The notes beneath the pieces are model-generated. The model had not been told where the DNA came from and ran no database searches. It worked only from the letters and a program-made list of their open reading frames with translations. Made by a program: the position numbers and the translations under genes. A DNA stretch of 64,000 nucleotides from a virus (Duplodnaviria; Heunggongvirae; Uroviricota; Caudoviricetes): the IMG/VR virus record IMGVR_UViG_3300043447_000408, positions 1 to 64,000 of that record. The stretch is one strand, 5' to 3'. Positions 49,726-60,041 of this stretch are shown here, piece after piece (the first letter of the stretch is position 1; every line of letters begins with the position of its first letter).

Positions 49726-50156
49726 AAAAATAATTTATTGATTAATTCTGTGTACGATACCATTAATTCGGTATCGGTTGTGTTAATTGATATATAATTT
49801 TCGGTTGGGGGTTCGTAGTCCTTAACGTGAAAGTTTTCCCTACCTCTAATGTCAGTTGTATGAACGTATATTTCAATTGCACCGGATTTACCTTTAAGGT
49901 CATCCCTTAAATCTTTATATGGTGACACTAACGACGCCACCACATTGTATCCTTTTTCATTTAGAAAATATGCAATATCCATAGCCTTTTGAATATTTGC
50001 ACGTCTTCCATTTTCAGAATAATCTTTATTTTTAAAGATGTCTCTTAAATCGTCACCATCAATGTGAATGGTGTTTCCAACATTTAAATACCCAACTAAC
50101 TTTTTAGCTAAGGTTGTTTTACCTGCACCAGGTTGTCCTGTAAACCAATAAATCAT
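49722..50156 (-). CDS. cysC: adenylylsulfate (APS) kinase
   Basis: FTGQPGAGKTTLA, IDGDDLR, RRANIQKAMDIAYFL, SLVSPYKDLRDD match the CysC consensus throughout. Confidence 0.8.
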   Translation of the reverse strand: MIYWFTGQPGAGKTTLAKKLVGYLNVGNTIHIDGDDLRDIFKNKDYSENGRRANIQKAMDIAYFLNEKGYNVVASLVSPYKDLRDDLKGKSGAIEIYVHTTDIRGRENFHVKDYEPPTENYISINTTDTELMVSYTELINKLFL

Positions 50157-50188
50157 ATAATATAATATAAAGAAAAAAAACTAAAAAG

Positions 50189-51133
50189 TCAAATTCGTAA
50201 AAGATTCAAATAGTCCTCATATCCGTTTGTAATCACAATATGTGTCCATTCGTTAATTCTTTCTGTCCTATATTCCTCATTATTAACGATGTGTGATTTT
50301 TTCAACCATATGTGGTCATATTCTATTTTGGGTGTATTCCTTACAGTACCTTCATATTCCATCCAATCGGAAATGTACCCTTGTTTAAACCTGTTGTCGT
50401 ATGGGTCGGCAAATTGTATGAAAAGTCTGTTCTCAATATCACCTACCTTCAAGTCTAAATGTCTGATTGTGTATCCTAAAATATTTTGGTCCGACATTAA
50501 CCATAACCAATCTAAAACATTGTCATAAGTTTTATTTACAATTCTCATATGAAGTTCACGATACTTGTTAAGTAACAACTTATTATTAACAAATAAGAAT
50601 GATGTATTTGGTATTGCCATCCTTTCCTCAAACTCAGGCATATGTAACTTAACATCATTTAATTGATAGTCGTGGATGTACATATGACCTCTTAACATTT
50701 CCCAATGTGTATGAACAACATCATAATTAAATAACCATTTAGGTAATGGTGTCTTAATTATTAAATCTAAATCTAAAAACACAAATGGTGGTTTTTCGTG
50801 ACAAATAGAAAATATTTTACCACTAGTCCAAAATTGTGCAGGATTGACTAATGTCTTATCTAATTTATTCAATACATCAACATCAATTTCATCAAATAAA
50901 TCGATAAACCCTACCTTCTTGTAGTATTCATAACCAACGGTATCAGTATACAGTTTAATAGGGACTCCTCCATATTTTTTAGCACTGGTTATTGCCGCTA
51001 ATTGCATATACAACTCGTATGGTTGTAATTTATAATCATCCGTTTCGTCCGCAATTGTTATGTCTTTTTTATATCCATTGAATTTGTCTCGATGGAAAAA
51101 TGGTTTTGTCCAATTTACAAAAATTATTTTCAT
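50189..51133 (-). CDS. putative DXD glycosyltransferase
   Basis: FVFLDLDLI DxD-like motif. Confidence 0.4.
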   Translation of the reverse strand: MKIIFVNWTKPFFHRDKFNGYKKDITIADETDDYKLQPYELYMQLAAITSAKKYGGVPIKLYTDTVGYEYYKKVGFIDLFDEIDVDVLNKLDKTLVNPAQFWTSGKIFSICHEKPPFVFLDLDLIIKTPLPKWLFNYDVVHTHWEMLRGHMYIHDYQLNDVKLHMPEFEERMAIPNTSFLFVNNKLLLNKYRELHMRIVNKTYDNVLDWLWLMSDQNILGYTIRHLDLKVGDIENRLFIQFADPYDNRFKQGYISDWMEYEGTVRNTPKIEYDHIWLKKSHIVNNEEYRTERINEWTHIVITNGYEDYLNLLRI

Positions 51134-51759
51134 TATATATCAATTTTTGTAAATGGAATATCATTATTAGTTAAAACTATTGAAAGTGCCAACCCTTCCG
51201 CAGAACCTAATACAAATGGTCTTATATATGTATTATCATTCATTACAGAAATGTAATCAAATACTGTTTGTAGGATTTGTAATTCTTTATTAATCAGTTT
51301 ATAATTAATGGTTTTTTTAAAGACCATAACCTGTTCTAAAATTGTTGGGTAATCGATAATGGGTATGTTTTTGTAACGAAAATACTCAAACAAATATCTA
51401 AAACAAGGGTCGTCTTCATATCCATAAAAATTACCCTTTGGCCAATTCGACGTGTATATGAAGTCGGATTCCGAACGAGATGATATGTTTGTAAGAATAT
51501 GTTTAGGTAATGCAGATGTACCGTCCATATAAATGACATTCTTACCATATTCTTCAACTATTTTTAATGAAAAATGTATTTTATCAAAATAATTAAAAAT
51601 TGGTCTATTATATAATGATATATCATTTATATCATAATGTGATGGTTCGTCTGTTAGTACTTTGATAGTAAAACCTGAGTTTTTTAAGTCCCAATAATAA
51701 TCTTTTATTTCTTGGTTATAATACTCACCAACCGCCACTAATACAATAATGTCGTCCAT
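51133..51759 (-). CDS. hypothetical protein
   Basis: 208-aa ORF. Confidence 0.45.
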   Translation of the reverse strand: MDDIIVLVAVGEYYNQEIKDYYWDLKNSGFTIKVLTDEPSHYDINDISLYNRPIFNYFDKIHFSLKIVEEYGKNVIYMDGTSALPKHILTNISSRSESDFIYTSNWPKGNFYGYEDDPCFRYLFEYFRYKNIPIIDYPTILEQVMVFKKTINYKLINKELQILQTVFDYISVMNDNTYIRPFVLGSAEGLALSIVLTNNDIPFTKIDI

Positions 51760-51760
51760 T

Positions 51761-51877
51761 TTAGTGTTTATAAATGAATGGGTCTCTTTTTTTAAGTTCG
51801 GCTAATTTCTTTTTAAATTCTTTTTTCTTTTTCCATTCTACCCATTTGTGGGTTAACCATCCAATAAATGCTTTCAT
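51761..51877 (-). CDS. small basic protein (38 aa), not in ORF track
   Basis: ATG overlaps the TGA of the upstream carbamoyltransferase gene (ATGA); MKAFIGWLTHKWVEWKKKKEF... Confidence 0.3.
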   Translation of the reverse strand: MKAFIGWLTHKWVEWKKKKEFKKKLAELKKRDPFIYKH

Positions 51878-53511
51878 TTGTTTCCGTTTTTATAGATAAT
51901 ATAATCACCAATCACCAATATGTCCATAGCAGTGTCCAAATATGTTAGTATAGCATCTTCTGGTGTTAAAACCATTGTTTTATCTTTAACATTAAAAGAT
52001 GTATTCAATAATATTGGGTAATCAGTTCTCTCTTCAAATTCTTTTAATAGATGATAAATTGGGTTATTTGGTGTGACAGATTGAACTCTAGCACTACCAT
52101 CAACGTGTGTAACCGCAGGTAACTTATCTCTATATTTTTTTAACACATTAACCACTTGATTCATATATGGAATATATTCTTTTGAATCAAAGAACTCACT
52201 TTGACGTTCAAAAATTACCATAGGGGCAAATGGTCTAAACCCTTCTCTTTTTTTAATAACTTTATTAATCCTTTCTTGCATATCGGGTACTGTTGGATTT
52301 GCCAATATTGACCTATTACCCAACGCCCTTGCACCAAATTCTATTTTATCTTGGAACCACCCAACAACTAACCCCATACTTAAATATTGTGCAGTTCTTT
52401 TATATAATCTTTCTTTTGTATGTTTTCTATAAAATATTTTATGTCCGTATTTGTTTAATGTATTTTGAATTTCATTATGACTATAAGAAGGACCTAAAAA
52501 TGGTGTTGGTGAAATTCTCACATTAAGTCCTTTAACTTTTGATAGGTAGTCTAAACAAGAACCAATACAAGAACCTGCGTCAGAAGGTGCCGGTGGAACC
52601 CATACCTTTTTAAAAATTCCGTTTTTAATTATTTTACCATTAGCACATCCATTATATGCACAACCACCCCCAATACAAATGTTATCTGAATAATAAAACA
52701 ATTTCGCATCTTTTATTAATTGAAAAAACAACTCTTCATATCTTTCCTGTACTGATGCTGCTAAGTCTTTGTGGTCATCGGTAAGAGGTGTATTTGGTAA
52801 TCTGTTTTCAATACCTAACAAATCAGCTAATTTGTAATTAAACATTGTGTCATCGGATTTATTCCATATGAAACAATCCATATTACAGGATAATTTATAT
52901 CCATCAAAATTAATTAACTGAGCAACTTTACTTCTAAATCTTTCGGGGTCACCATATGCGGCCAAACCCATTACTTTATACTCACCTTCGTTTGGTTTAA
53001 AACCCAGAAAAGCAGTCATTGCAGAATAATATAACCCTAATGAATCAGGGTATTCGATTGTCTTAATATTATGAACCACTCCATTAATACCTTTACCAAA
53101 TGAAACCGTTGAAGTTTCACCAACACCGTCAACAGATACTATAACCGCCTTATCAAAATTCGATGATAAATACGAATAAGCCATATGTGACATATGGTGT
53201 GAGGTATAGTGTATCTTATCAGATATCTTTCTTAAATTCCACCAAACTTTAATGTTGGTTTTTAGTGAGGTAAAAAAAGATTTCTTTCTTTTGAATCTGA
53301 GTCTTGGGTTTTCATAATAACAAACCGCTTCAATGTCCGATTTTTTTAAATTGAAGTGGTCAAAAATGTATTCTATGGTCTTTTCAGGAAATGAACTATC
53401 GTGTTTGATTCCAGTGAACTTTTCTTCCTCACAAGCAAAGACTAATTCCCCATCTTTAAAAAGACAAGCAGAAGAATCGTGATAATATGCGGATACTCCA
53501 ATAATATACAT
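51874..53511 (-). CDS. carbamoyltransferase (NodU/CmcH family)
   Basis: 545 aa; N-terminal IIGVSAYYHDSSACL signature. Confidence 0.8.
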   Translation of the reverse strand: MYIIGVSAYYHDSSACLFKDGELVFACEEEKFTGIKHDSSFPEKTIEYIFDHFNLKKSDIEAVCYYENPRLRFKRKKSFFTSLKTNIKVWWNLRKISDKIHYTSHHMSHMAYSYLSSNFDKAVIVSVDGVGETSTVSFGKGINGVVHNIKTIEYPDSLGLYYSAMTAFLGFKPNEGEYKVMGLAAYGDPERFRSKVAQLINFDGYKLSCNMDCFIWNKSDDTMFNYKLADLLGIENRLPNTPLTDDHKDLAASVQERYEELFFQLIKDAKLFYYSDNICIGGGCAYNGCANGKIIKNGIFKKVWVPPAPSDAGSCIGSCLDYLSKVKGLNVRISPTPFLGPSYSHNEIQNTLNKYGHKIFYRKHTKERLYKRTAQYLSMGLVVGWFQDKIEFGARALGNRSILANPTVPDMQERINKVIKKREGFRPFAPMVIFERQSEFFDSKEYIPYMNQVVNVLKKYRDKLPAVTHVDGSARVQSVTPNNPIYHLLKEFEERTDYPILLNTSFNVKDKTMVLTPEDAILTYLDTAMDILVIGDYIIYKNGNK

Positions 53512-53520
53512 CTATTATAA

Positions 53521-54546
53521 TTATTTAGTTTTCATTATTAGACCGTTAAGTCTGTTGGTTAATGATAATAAGTACTTATAGTACATTAAACTAATCTCAT
53601 CAGACTTTGTCTGTTTAGGAAACATATTATCAATAATTGCAATGTAGTTTAGACCATTAAAATCTTCAATGATGCGTTCTTTTATTAAGAAAATAATCTC
53701 TTCAAAATTTTTATATCCATTCAAATGTAAAAATCCATTAAAGTCGAACATCACTCTTTTAAATAAATTGTGATAATCATCAACCATAGTTAAATCTTCA
53801 CCAGACCTTATTCCAAAAGGAAAATCCCAATCTTTACCTTTACTAAACTCAATATATGTTGGATTATATTCAAATAGGAATTTGAAGTTTTCTAAATTGT
53901 GGTCACCCTTTATCATTCTCATCGCTGCAGGAATGAATAGTTGTTCAATGATACAAGCGTTATAATAATTTGAATCGAAAAAGTCAGTATGGTTTTGGTA
54001 TAGTTCTAAACAATATTTTGAAGATTCTTTAATCAATTCAAAGTTATGTCCACCAAATACTGACATATTCGGAACATTATTGAACTTAACGTATTTTAAA
54101 AACTCTTCGGGTAACTTACTTTGGATTTCAAAACTTCTTTTTACGTATGTTGTATAAAAAGAAGTATTTGTTCTTTCAAAGTTAAGTATGTCTCCACTAC
54201 CTTCCGCAAAGGTGGAGTATATGTTTTCAAAATCATTGAAGAATATCTTTTTAAAAATAAAAGTATCTAAATCAATGTGAATGTAAGGTTCAGTTTGTTG
54301 TGAATAAACAACTAATTTAGGTACTGAAAAGGTTTTAACATTCACGTCTTTTAAAACGTCAGTGTTGATTTCATCATAGGGTAAACCTATCTTTTTAACG
54401 ATATCACCCACCTCTTGATTTGTATACAACACAACATACCCATAATGTCTTTTAGCTAACAATAGAGATAATGACATTAAATAAAATATATTTTTATTTA
54501 ATGGACCGCTATTTCCTGTTTGTATGTATGTGTGTACTATTTTCAT
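53521..54546 (-). CDS. putative DXD glycosyltransferase
   Basis: YIHIDLDTFIF. Confidence 0.4.
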   Translation of the reverse strand: MKIVHTYIQTGNSGPLNKNIFYLMSLSLLLAKRHYGYVVLYTNQEVGDIVKKIGLPYDEINTDVLKDVNVKTFSVPKLVVYSQQTEPYIHIDLDTFIFKKIFFNDFENIYSTFAEGSGDILNFERTNTSFYTTYVKRSFEIQSKLPEEFLKYVKFNNVPNMSVFGGHNFELIKESSKYCLELYQNHTDFFDSNYYNACIIEQLFIPAAMRMIKGDHNLENFKFLFEYNPTYIEFSKGKDWDFPFGIRSGEDLTMVDDYHNLFKRVMFDFNGFLHLNGYKNFEEIIFLIKERIIEDFNGLNYIAIIDNMFPKQTKSDEISLMYYKYLLSLTNRLNGLIMKTK

Positions 54547-55283
54547 ATACTTTTAAAGTCAGAGAAATCTCCACTTTTTTCAACTAATTGTTTGAAGTTA
54601 ATATATGTATTTTTTTTGTCTTTTTCAACCAATGACTCCCATTTTTCCGCAATCATATCCATACTTTCAGTATAATACTCAGGTAACCTTGTCTTTACCC
54701 AATCCAAATGGGTTGTTATTGTTGGATGTGAATCAAATTCATCAATAAAGTTATATTGTGGTTTGCCTTCATTAAAATCCATTAAATTATCTGCGGTTAA
54801 TATTTTTTGTAGTTCGTTACTACAATTAACCATTCTTTTTGGTATGTTTTCTAATGTCCCCTTTTGTGATGATATGTCAAATGCTGACATAAACTTATAC
54901 TCACAACCAATACTATCTAATAAGTACTTTACACTCAATATGTTGTACCAACTCATAAAATATCCGTGTTCATCGGTCCAATATTTGGTGACAAAATCGT
55001 GACCATATAAAGTTTGATTGTAAAGATTGCCAGCGTTTATCCAATTGGAATTTTTATCAATCATATCATTTCTGAAATATTGACTAAACATCACCAATAC
55101 TGTATCATCCTTAGTAAACTTATTTACTGAATTACATTCAAATAGTCTCGATGATATAAAATAGTTACCAGCACCAGCATTAGCCCAATTTTGATGGGTG
55201 TCAAAATTTAGTGCAACAAAATCTGCCCAAGTGGGCCAAATATAACTCGTAAAACTACAACCAAATGTAAAAAGTCTACCCAT
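54543..55283 (-). CDS. SGNH hydrolase-like protein (GCS variant)
   Basis: block I LFTFGCSFTSY, block V DSHPTITTH. Confidence 0.55.
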   Translation of the reverse strand: MGRLFTFGCSFTSYIWPTWADFVALNFDTHQNWANAGAGNYFISSRLFECNSVNKFTKDDTVLVMFSQYFRNDMIDKNSNWINAGNLYNQTLYGHDFVTKYWTDEHGYFMSWYNILSVKYLLDSIGCEYKFMSAFDISSQKGTLENIPKRMVNCSNELQKILTADNLMDFNEGKPQYNFIDEFDSHPTITTHLDWVKTRLPEYYTESMDMIAEKWESLVEKDKKNTYINFKQLVEKSGDFSDFKSI

Positions 55284-56547
55284 TTAATTCATTCCACATT
55301 TCTAATAAAACTTCCCTTATTGTTGATGATTGGTCACTCTCACTATACTTCTCTTTATAGATTCGATTATAGTTTTCTTTATTGTGAACTAATACCTCTT
55401 GTATCTCTTCTCTAATTTTAATTAACTCTTCTTTCGATTTCTGCTTCAATTTTAATAGTTCATCAACTATCATTTTACTTCTCTTATCTCTATCAGGTTC
55501 ACTATCATAACTTTCGTCCCACCATCTATCAAAAGTTTTATAACCAATTGATTTTAAATACTTTAATGAACCTTCATTACCATATAATAAGAACGGATGA
55601 CCAACCATAATCGGTTTCCATATCTTTTCCGAAAAGAATAGTGTACCAGTGTCTACCAATGTTTCAGTAACAACTGAAACAAAAGTTCTTTCAAAATCTT
55701 CAGTGGTTATGTTACACGCGAGATTGAATCGTAGTTCTGGCATACTATCAATCATAAATGGTGTGTTGTTGAAGAAAAAGTGATGAACTTCAGGAGGTAC
55801 AGGATAAGGTAACGGATGTACGATTTTATCTAAACTTATTAACCCGTCATATATTAATCCCTTTTCATATAAATCAATCATAAAACGTAATCTATGGTGT
55901 CTGGGTTGACGATTGTAGGATAGGAATAGGTATTTGTCATCACTTGGTTTAAAGTCCACCATTGGTCCTTTATATTGATTCCACGGTTCAAAATAGTGAA
56001 TACCTCTTGCTTGGTATCCAAGACCTTTGTTTTTAACAATTTGTTCAGATAATAGATTACCACAGACGTAGTAAATTGAATCGATTGGGAAATTCATCTG
56101 TAATCTCCACTTTTCAATCATTTCAAAATCATAGTTGTTTTGGATACCAGAATAACCCTCATAAATGAAGAACATCAATATTTTACACTTACCATTTCTA
56201 ATATCTTCAATATACTCAGGAGATATACACTTCAACCCAATCTCGTTGTTAAGTGTGAAAAAATCGTGACTATACACGTTGATTATGTATATGTGTTTGG
56301 AATCACCAATCTCCTCTTTTGGGGTGTATTTTATCAGACTACTATGGGTTGGTGTGATGGAATTTCTCATATGTCCGTCTTGAAACATCTCACCTTGTTC
56401 GGTGTACACATTCCATTGACCCCACATATGTGGTATTGCCAATCTCTTTAACTCCTTAATGTACCAGGTTTTGGACGAACCGTTTGGTCTATAATAGTTT
56501 AGAATACTGTCCCAATCCTCTAAACTGCAAATAATTTTTTCTTTCAC
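55276..56547 (-). CDS. putative fucosyltransferase-like glycosyltransferase, paralog of 58758-60041
   Basis: LSYNRQPRHHR, FSEKIWKPIMVGHPFLLYG (GT10-like EKxW), WDESYDSEPDRDKR shared with paralog. Confidence 0.45.
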   Translation of the reverse strand: MKEKIICSLEDWDSILNYYRPNGSSKTWYIKELKRLAIPHMWGQWNVYTEQGEMFQDGHMRNSITPTHSSLIKYTPKEEIGDSKHIYIINVYSHDFFTLNNEIGLKCISPEYIEDIRNGKCKILMFFIYEGYSGIQNNYDFEMIEKWRLQMNFPIDSIYYVCGNLLSEQIVKNKGLGYQARGIHYFEPWNQYKGPMVDFKPSDDKYLFLSYNRQPRHHRLRFMIDLYEKGLIYDGLISLDKIVHPLPYPVPPEVHHFFFNNTPFMIDSMPELRFNLACNITTEDFERTFVSVVTETLVDTGTLFFSEKIWKPIMVGHPFLLYGNEGSLKYLKSIGYKTFDRWWDESYDSEPDRDKRSKMIVDELLKLKQKSKEELIKIREEIQEVLVHNKENYNRIYKEKYSESDQSSTIREVLLEMWNELNG

Positions 56548-56628
56548 AGTTTAAATATAAAAAATTTTTTCTTAAATTTAAAGTGGTTGACTATTGATAA
56601 AAAATTATTTAAATTAGTGTTTACAGAT
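56548..56628. promoter_or_regulatory. divergent intergenic region at strand switch
   Basis: AT-rich 81-nt gap between minus and plus gene blocks. Confidence 0.25.
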
Positions 56629-57597
56629 ATGAAAATTTTAATCACAGGAGGTGCTGGATACTTAGGTTCAGTGATAACAAAAAAACTACTCGATTTGGGT
56701 CATAAAGTGACTGTAATTGACACGTTATTGTTCAATCAGATTTCCCCACTCCAATTTACTTACAATCCAAATTATAACTTCATTTATGGTGATGTTAGAA
56801 ACCTAACCCTGTTTGAAAGGGAAGTTAAATCTCACGATGTTATAATTCCACTAGCCGCAATTGTTGGGTTCCCTGCTTGTAAAAAAGACCCTGAATTAGC
56901 AACACAAATCAACTATAACCAAATCATTAATTTGATGAACTTCATTAGTCCAAATCAAATGATTATCTATCCAAACACAAATAGTGGATATGGTGTTGGT
57001 AAAGATGATAAGTTTTGCACTGAAGAATCACCATTGAATCCGATATCGGTATATGGTGAAACTAAATGTGCTGCGGAAAGACATTTACTTAATTACACCA
57101 ATGCGACTTGTTTTAGATTAGCAACTGTATTTGGTTCTTCTCCAAGAATGAGAACTGATTTGTTGGTAAATGAGTTTGTTTATAAAGCAATGACAGACAA
57201 GTACATTGTTGTATTTGAAAAACATTTCAAACGTAACTTCATTCATATTCAAGATGTTGGTGATGTGTTTACATTCGCTCTTGAAAATTATGAAACAATG
57301 AAAGAGAATGTTTACAATGTTGGGTTGAGTGACGCTAATTTAAGTAAACAAGAATTATTAGAAAAAATAAAATTATACATTCCTGATTTTGCAATCACTT
57401 ACTCAGATTTCTATGAAGACCCTGACAAAAGGGATTACATAGTTTCAAATGAAAAGATTGAAAAGACGGGATGGAAACCAAAGTGGTCTTTGGATGATGG
57501 TATTAAAGAACTGATGAAAACATATCAAGTACTAATACCAAAAATGACATCGGAATTTAGAAATGGATTTCCATTAGGATACGCAAACAATACATAA
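56629..57597 (+). CDS. NAD-dependent sugar epimerase/dehydratase
   Basis: start at ATG giving MKILITGGAGYLGS (track ORF begins at upstream TTG); YGETKCAAE. Confidence 0.8.
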   Translation: MKILITGGAGYLGSVITKKLLDLGHKVTVIDTLLFNQISPLQFTYNPNYNFIYGDVRNLTLFEREVKSHDVIIPLAAIVGFPACKKDPELATQINYNQIINLMNFISPNQMIIYPNTNSGYGVGKDDKFCTEESPLNPISVYGETKCAAERHLLNYTNATCFRLATVFGSSPRMRTDLLVNEFVYKAMTDKYIVVFEKHFKRNFIHIQDVGDVFTFALENYETMKENVYNVGLSDANLSKQELLEKIKLYIPDFAITYSDFYEDPDKRDYIVSNEKIEKTGWKPKWSLDDGIKELMKTYQVLIPKMTSEFRNGFPLGYANNT

Positions 57598-57598
57598 T

Positions 57599-58144
57599 AT
57601 GAGTAATAAATGGGATGAGTTTGTTGAAACTCCATCAAAAGTTTTTGGTTATGAAGTACCAATTTTCACTCCTTCGATTTATAGAGAATATAGGGGTGAA
57701 ATTTTTACCACGTTTCATAGTGAAGAACATCCTGTGATGAAACATATTCATTATGATAAAAGTGAAATCTCAATTCACGGAAGATTTTCAAAATCATATA
57801 AGGGTGTTCTAAGAGGATTACATTACGATACTAAAACTTGGAAATTAGTTCAGGCTGCTGTTGGTGACATTTACTTGGTTGTGTTAGATATGAGACCATC
57901 ATCACCGACATATGGTGATTGGGAATCATTTATGATAACTGAGAAAGATAGAAACCAAGTATTAGTTCCACCAGGTTTTGCAAACGGACATTACGCACTA
58001 ACTGATTGTATGTTTCACTATAATCTATTCTATAAAGATGGTTATGTGGATGCAAATGAACAAGGTGTAGTTAAATGGAATGACCCTGAGTATCAAATGG
58101 AATGGCCGACAGATAAACCAATATTACAAAAAAGAGACAGATGA
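57599..58144 (+). CDS. RmlC-like cupin sugar 3,5-epimerase
   Basis: EYRGEIFTTFH, KGVLRGLHYD, HYALTD. Confidence 0.75.
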   Translation: MSNKWDEFVETPSKVFGYEVPIFTPSIYREYRGEIFTTFHSEEHPVMKHIHYDKSEISIHGRFSKSYKGVLRGLHYDTKTWKLVQAAVGDIYLVVLDMRPSSPTYGDWESFMITEKDRNQVLVPPGFANGHYALTDCMFHYNLFYKDGYVDANEQGVVKWNDPEYQMEWPTDKPILQKRDR

Positions 58145-58773
58145 TAAAAAATTTAGATGACCATCTACCAATTGTTAGGGAGATGTTATGGGATAAAGAA
58201 GGACTTATACAATTTGAGAGAAAAATGGCCGACCATTGGGAAGCTGGTAGAGTTCGTGGACCGATTCACTTAAGTGGTGGAAATGAAGATGAACTAATTG
58301 AAATTTTCAAAAGAGTTAAAACAACAGATTGGGTATTCTCAACTTGGAGGTCTCATTATCACGCATTGTTAAAAGGTGTACCTTCTGAATGGTTAGAAGA
58401 GGAGATATTAGCTGGTAGGTCAATTACAATTGTGAATAAAGACGAGAAGTTTTATTCATCCGCAATTGTTGGTGGTACAATTCCAATTGCTGTTGGTGTT
58501 GCTATGGCTTTGAAACAACAAGGTAGTAAAGATAAGGTGTGGTGTTTCGTTGGTGATATGTCTTTCGAGACTGGTGGTTTTATGGAAAACTACAAATACG
58601 CCAAGAACTTTGACCTCCCAATTCAATTTGTAGTTGAGGATAATGGTGTATCAACAAACACTCCAACAATTGAAACTTGGAAAGTAAAAACTGAAGCACC
58701 TGAGGGTGTAATTTGGTATAATTATATTAAACAATGGCCGCACTACGGAACAGGTAAATGGGTAATTTTTTAA
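58141..58773 (+). CDS. TPP-binding subunit of split transketolase/E1-like enzyme
   Basis: thiamine-diphosphate motif GDMSFETGG...FVVEDNG. Confidence 0.7.
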   Translation: MIKNLDDHLPIVREMLWDKEGLIQFERKMADHWEAGRVRGPIHLSGGNEDELIEIFKRVKTTDWVFSTWRSHYHALLKGVPSEWLEEEILAGRSITIVNKDEKFYSSAIVGGTIPIAVGVAMALKQQGSKDKVWCFVGDMSFETGGFMENYKYAKNFDLPIQFVVEDNGVSTNTPTIETWKVKTEAPEGVIWYNYIKQWPHYGTGKWVIF

Positions 58774-60041
58774 ATTTAGTATATGACGATTGGCACCACA
58801 ATGCAACTCATCCAAATATTAATGGTGAGAAGGAATTTGGTGCGAATAATTTCAGAAGATTCGATGGTTTGATGAATTTTTATGAATTTAATAATTTCAA
58901 AAGATTTAGGATAACGGAGGTTAAGAATCATCCTAATGAAAATTTCTATTATGTTATTGGCCATATTCACGAGATTGGTCACGCATTAAAAGCTCATAAC
59001 ATATTACCATTACCAACCAAGGTAATTAAACATTTAAAAGAAAATCCAAACCTCTATGTTATTTTTCTAAATGAACACGAGGTGGAAACTGAAGAAACCG
59101 TTATTGGAATTGAAAAATGGGTAATTGATAAGGGAATCGACCCAAAACAAATATATGTTATCAACAACAATTACAATTTAAAGAAGTATAAAGAGGATAA
59201 CAATTTAAGTTTGAATGTCCATACAATTAAGTTCTTACCAATTAAAGTTGCTAAGGAGTTAGATATGTACGATACTGATTTCATAACTGATAAACAATCT
59301 GAATTTTTTGTTTCACATAACAGGACACCAAAAGTTCATAGATACGCTCTTTTAGTTTTACTTAAAAAGAACAAATTGTTACAGGAAGTTGATTGGTCTT
59401 TGGTGATGGGGTGGAATCATAAAATGGATATGAAACACACAACAATAAACACCTTCTATCACGAATTATTCACAGAAAAGGAAATTCAAAAAATGAAATC
59501 TGAGATTGATTTTTTTGAGGATATTGATATCAAGAAAAGTAAGTACGAAGACAATATTGATTGGTTTGATAGGGATTGGGATAGTCACGTAAGGAGTCTT
59601 CCGTTTCACATTGAATGGAATCGAGTTTATGAGAAGCAAACATATGAGAACTCATACGTTAACATAACTACGGAATCTTGTTTTAAAAGAGATAATGTTG
59701 TCCATTTAAGTGAGAAAACATTCAAACCTCTTTTCTTTAATCAATATCCGCTTTATGTTGCAAGTATGGACCACGTAAAGACTGTAAAAGATGTTTATGG
59801 GTTTGATGTGTTCGAAGATATATTAGACCATTCATATGATTCTGAATCTGACCAAAGAAAACGATTATTCAAATTGTTTGATGAGATAAAGAGAATATAT
59901 AAAAATAAAAACAAGTTCATTTCAAATTACATTAACCTAAAAGATAGGTTTGAAAATAATAAAAAGTTAGTACTGGAATTATTAAATAACAAAGATGATG
60001 TGGAGTTTTTCACATCACTAATCGAAAATAAGAAAAAATAA
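58758..60041 (+). CDS. putative fucosyltransferase-like glycosyltransferase, paralog of 55276-56547
   Basis: FVSHNRTPKVHR, LSEKTFKPLFFNQYPLYVAS, LDHSYDSESDQRKR. Confidence 0.45.
   Translation: MGNFLNLVYDDWHHNATHPNINGEKEFGANNFRRFDGLMNFYEFNNFKRFRITEVKNHPNENFYYVIGHIHEIGHALKAHNILPLPTKVIKHLKENPNLYVIFLNEHEVETEETVIGIEKWVIDKGIDPKQIYVINNNYNLKKYKEDNNLSLNVHTIKFLPIKVAKELDMYDTDFITDKQSEFFVSHNRTPKVHRYALLVLLKKNKLLQEVDWSLVMGWNHKMDMKHTTINTFYHELFTEKEIQKMKSEIDFFEDIDIKKSKYEDNIDWFDRDWDSHVRSLPFHIEWNRVYEKQTYENSYVNITTESCFKRDNVVHLSEKTFKPLFFNQYPLYVASMDHVKTVKDVYGFDVFEDILDHSYDSESDQRKRLFKLFDEIKRIYKNKNKFISNYINLKDRFENNKKLVLELLNNKDDVEFFTSLIENKKK

Noticed and set aside
52293-52526. Plus-strand 77-aa ORF inside the carbamoyltransferase gene
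   Set aside because: It is antisense to a well-supported 545-aa gene, with a low-complexity hydrophobic translation.
56587-56628. TTG-initiated 14-codon extension of the epimerase ORF
   Set aside because: An in-frame ATG gives the canonical Rossmann N-terminus MKILITGGAGYLGS, so the extension is unnecessary.
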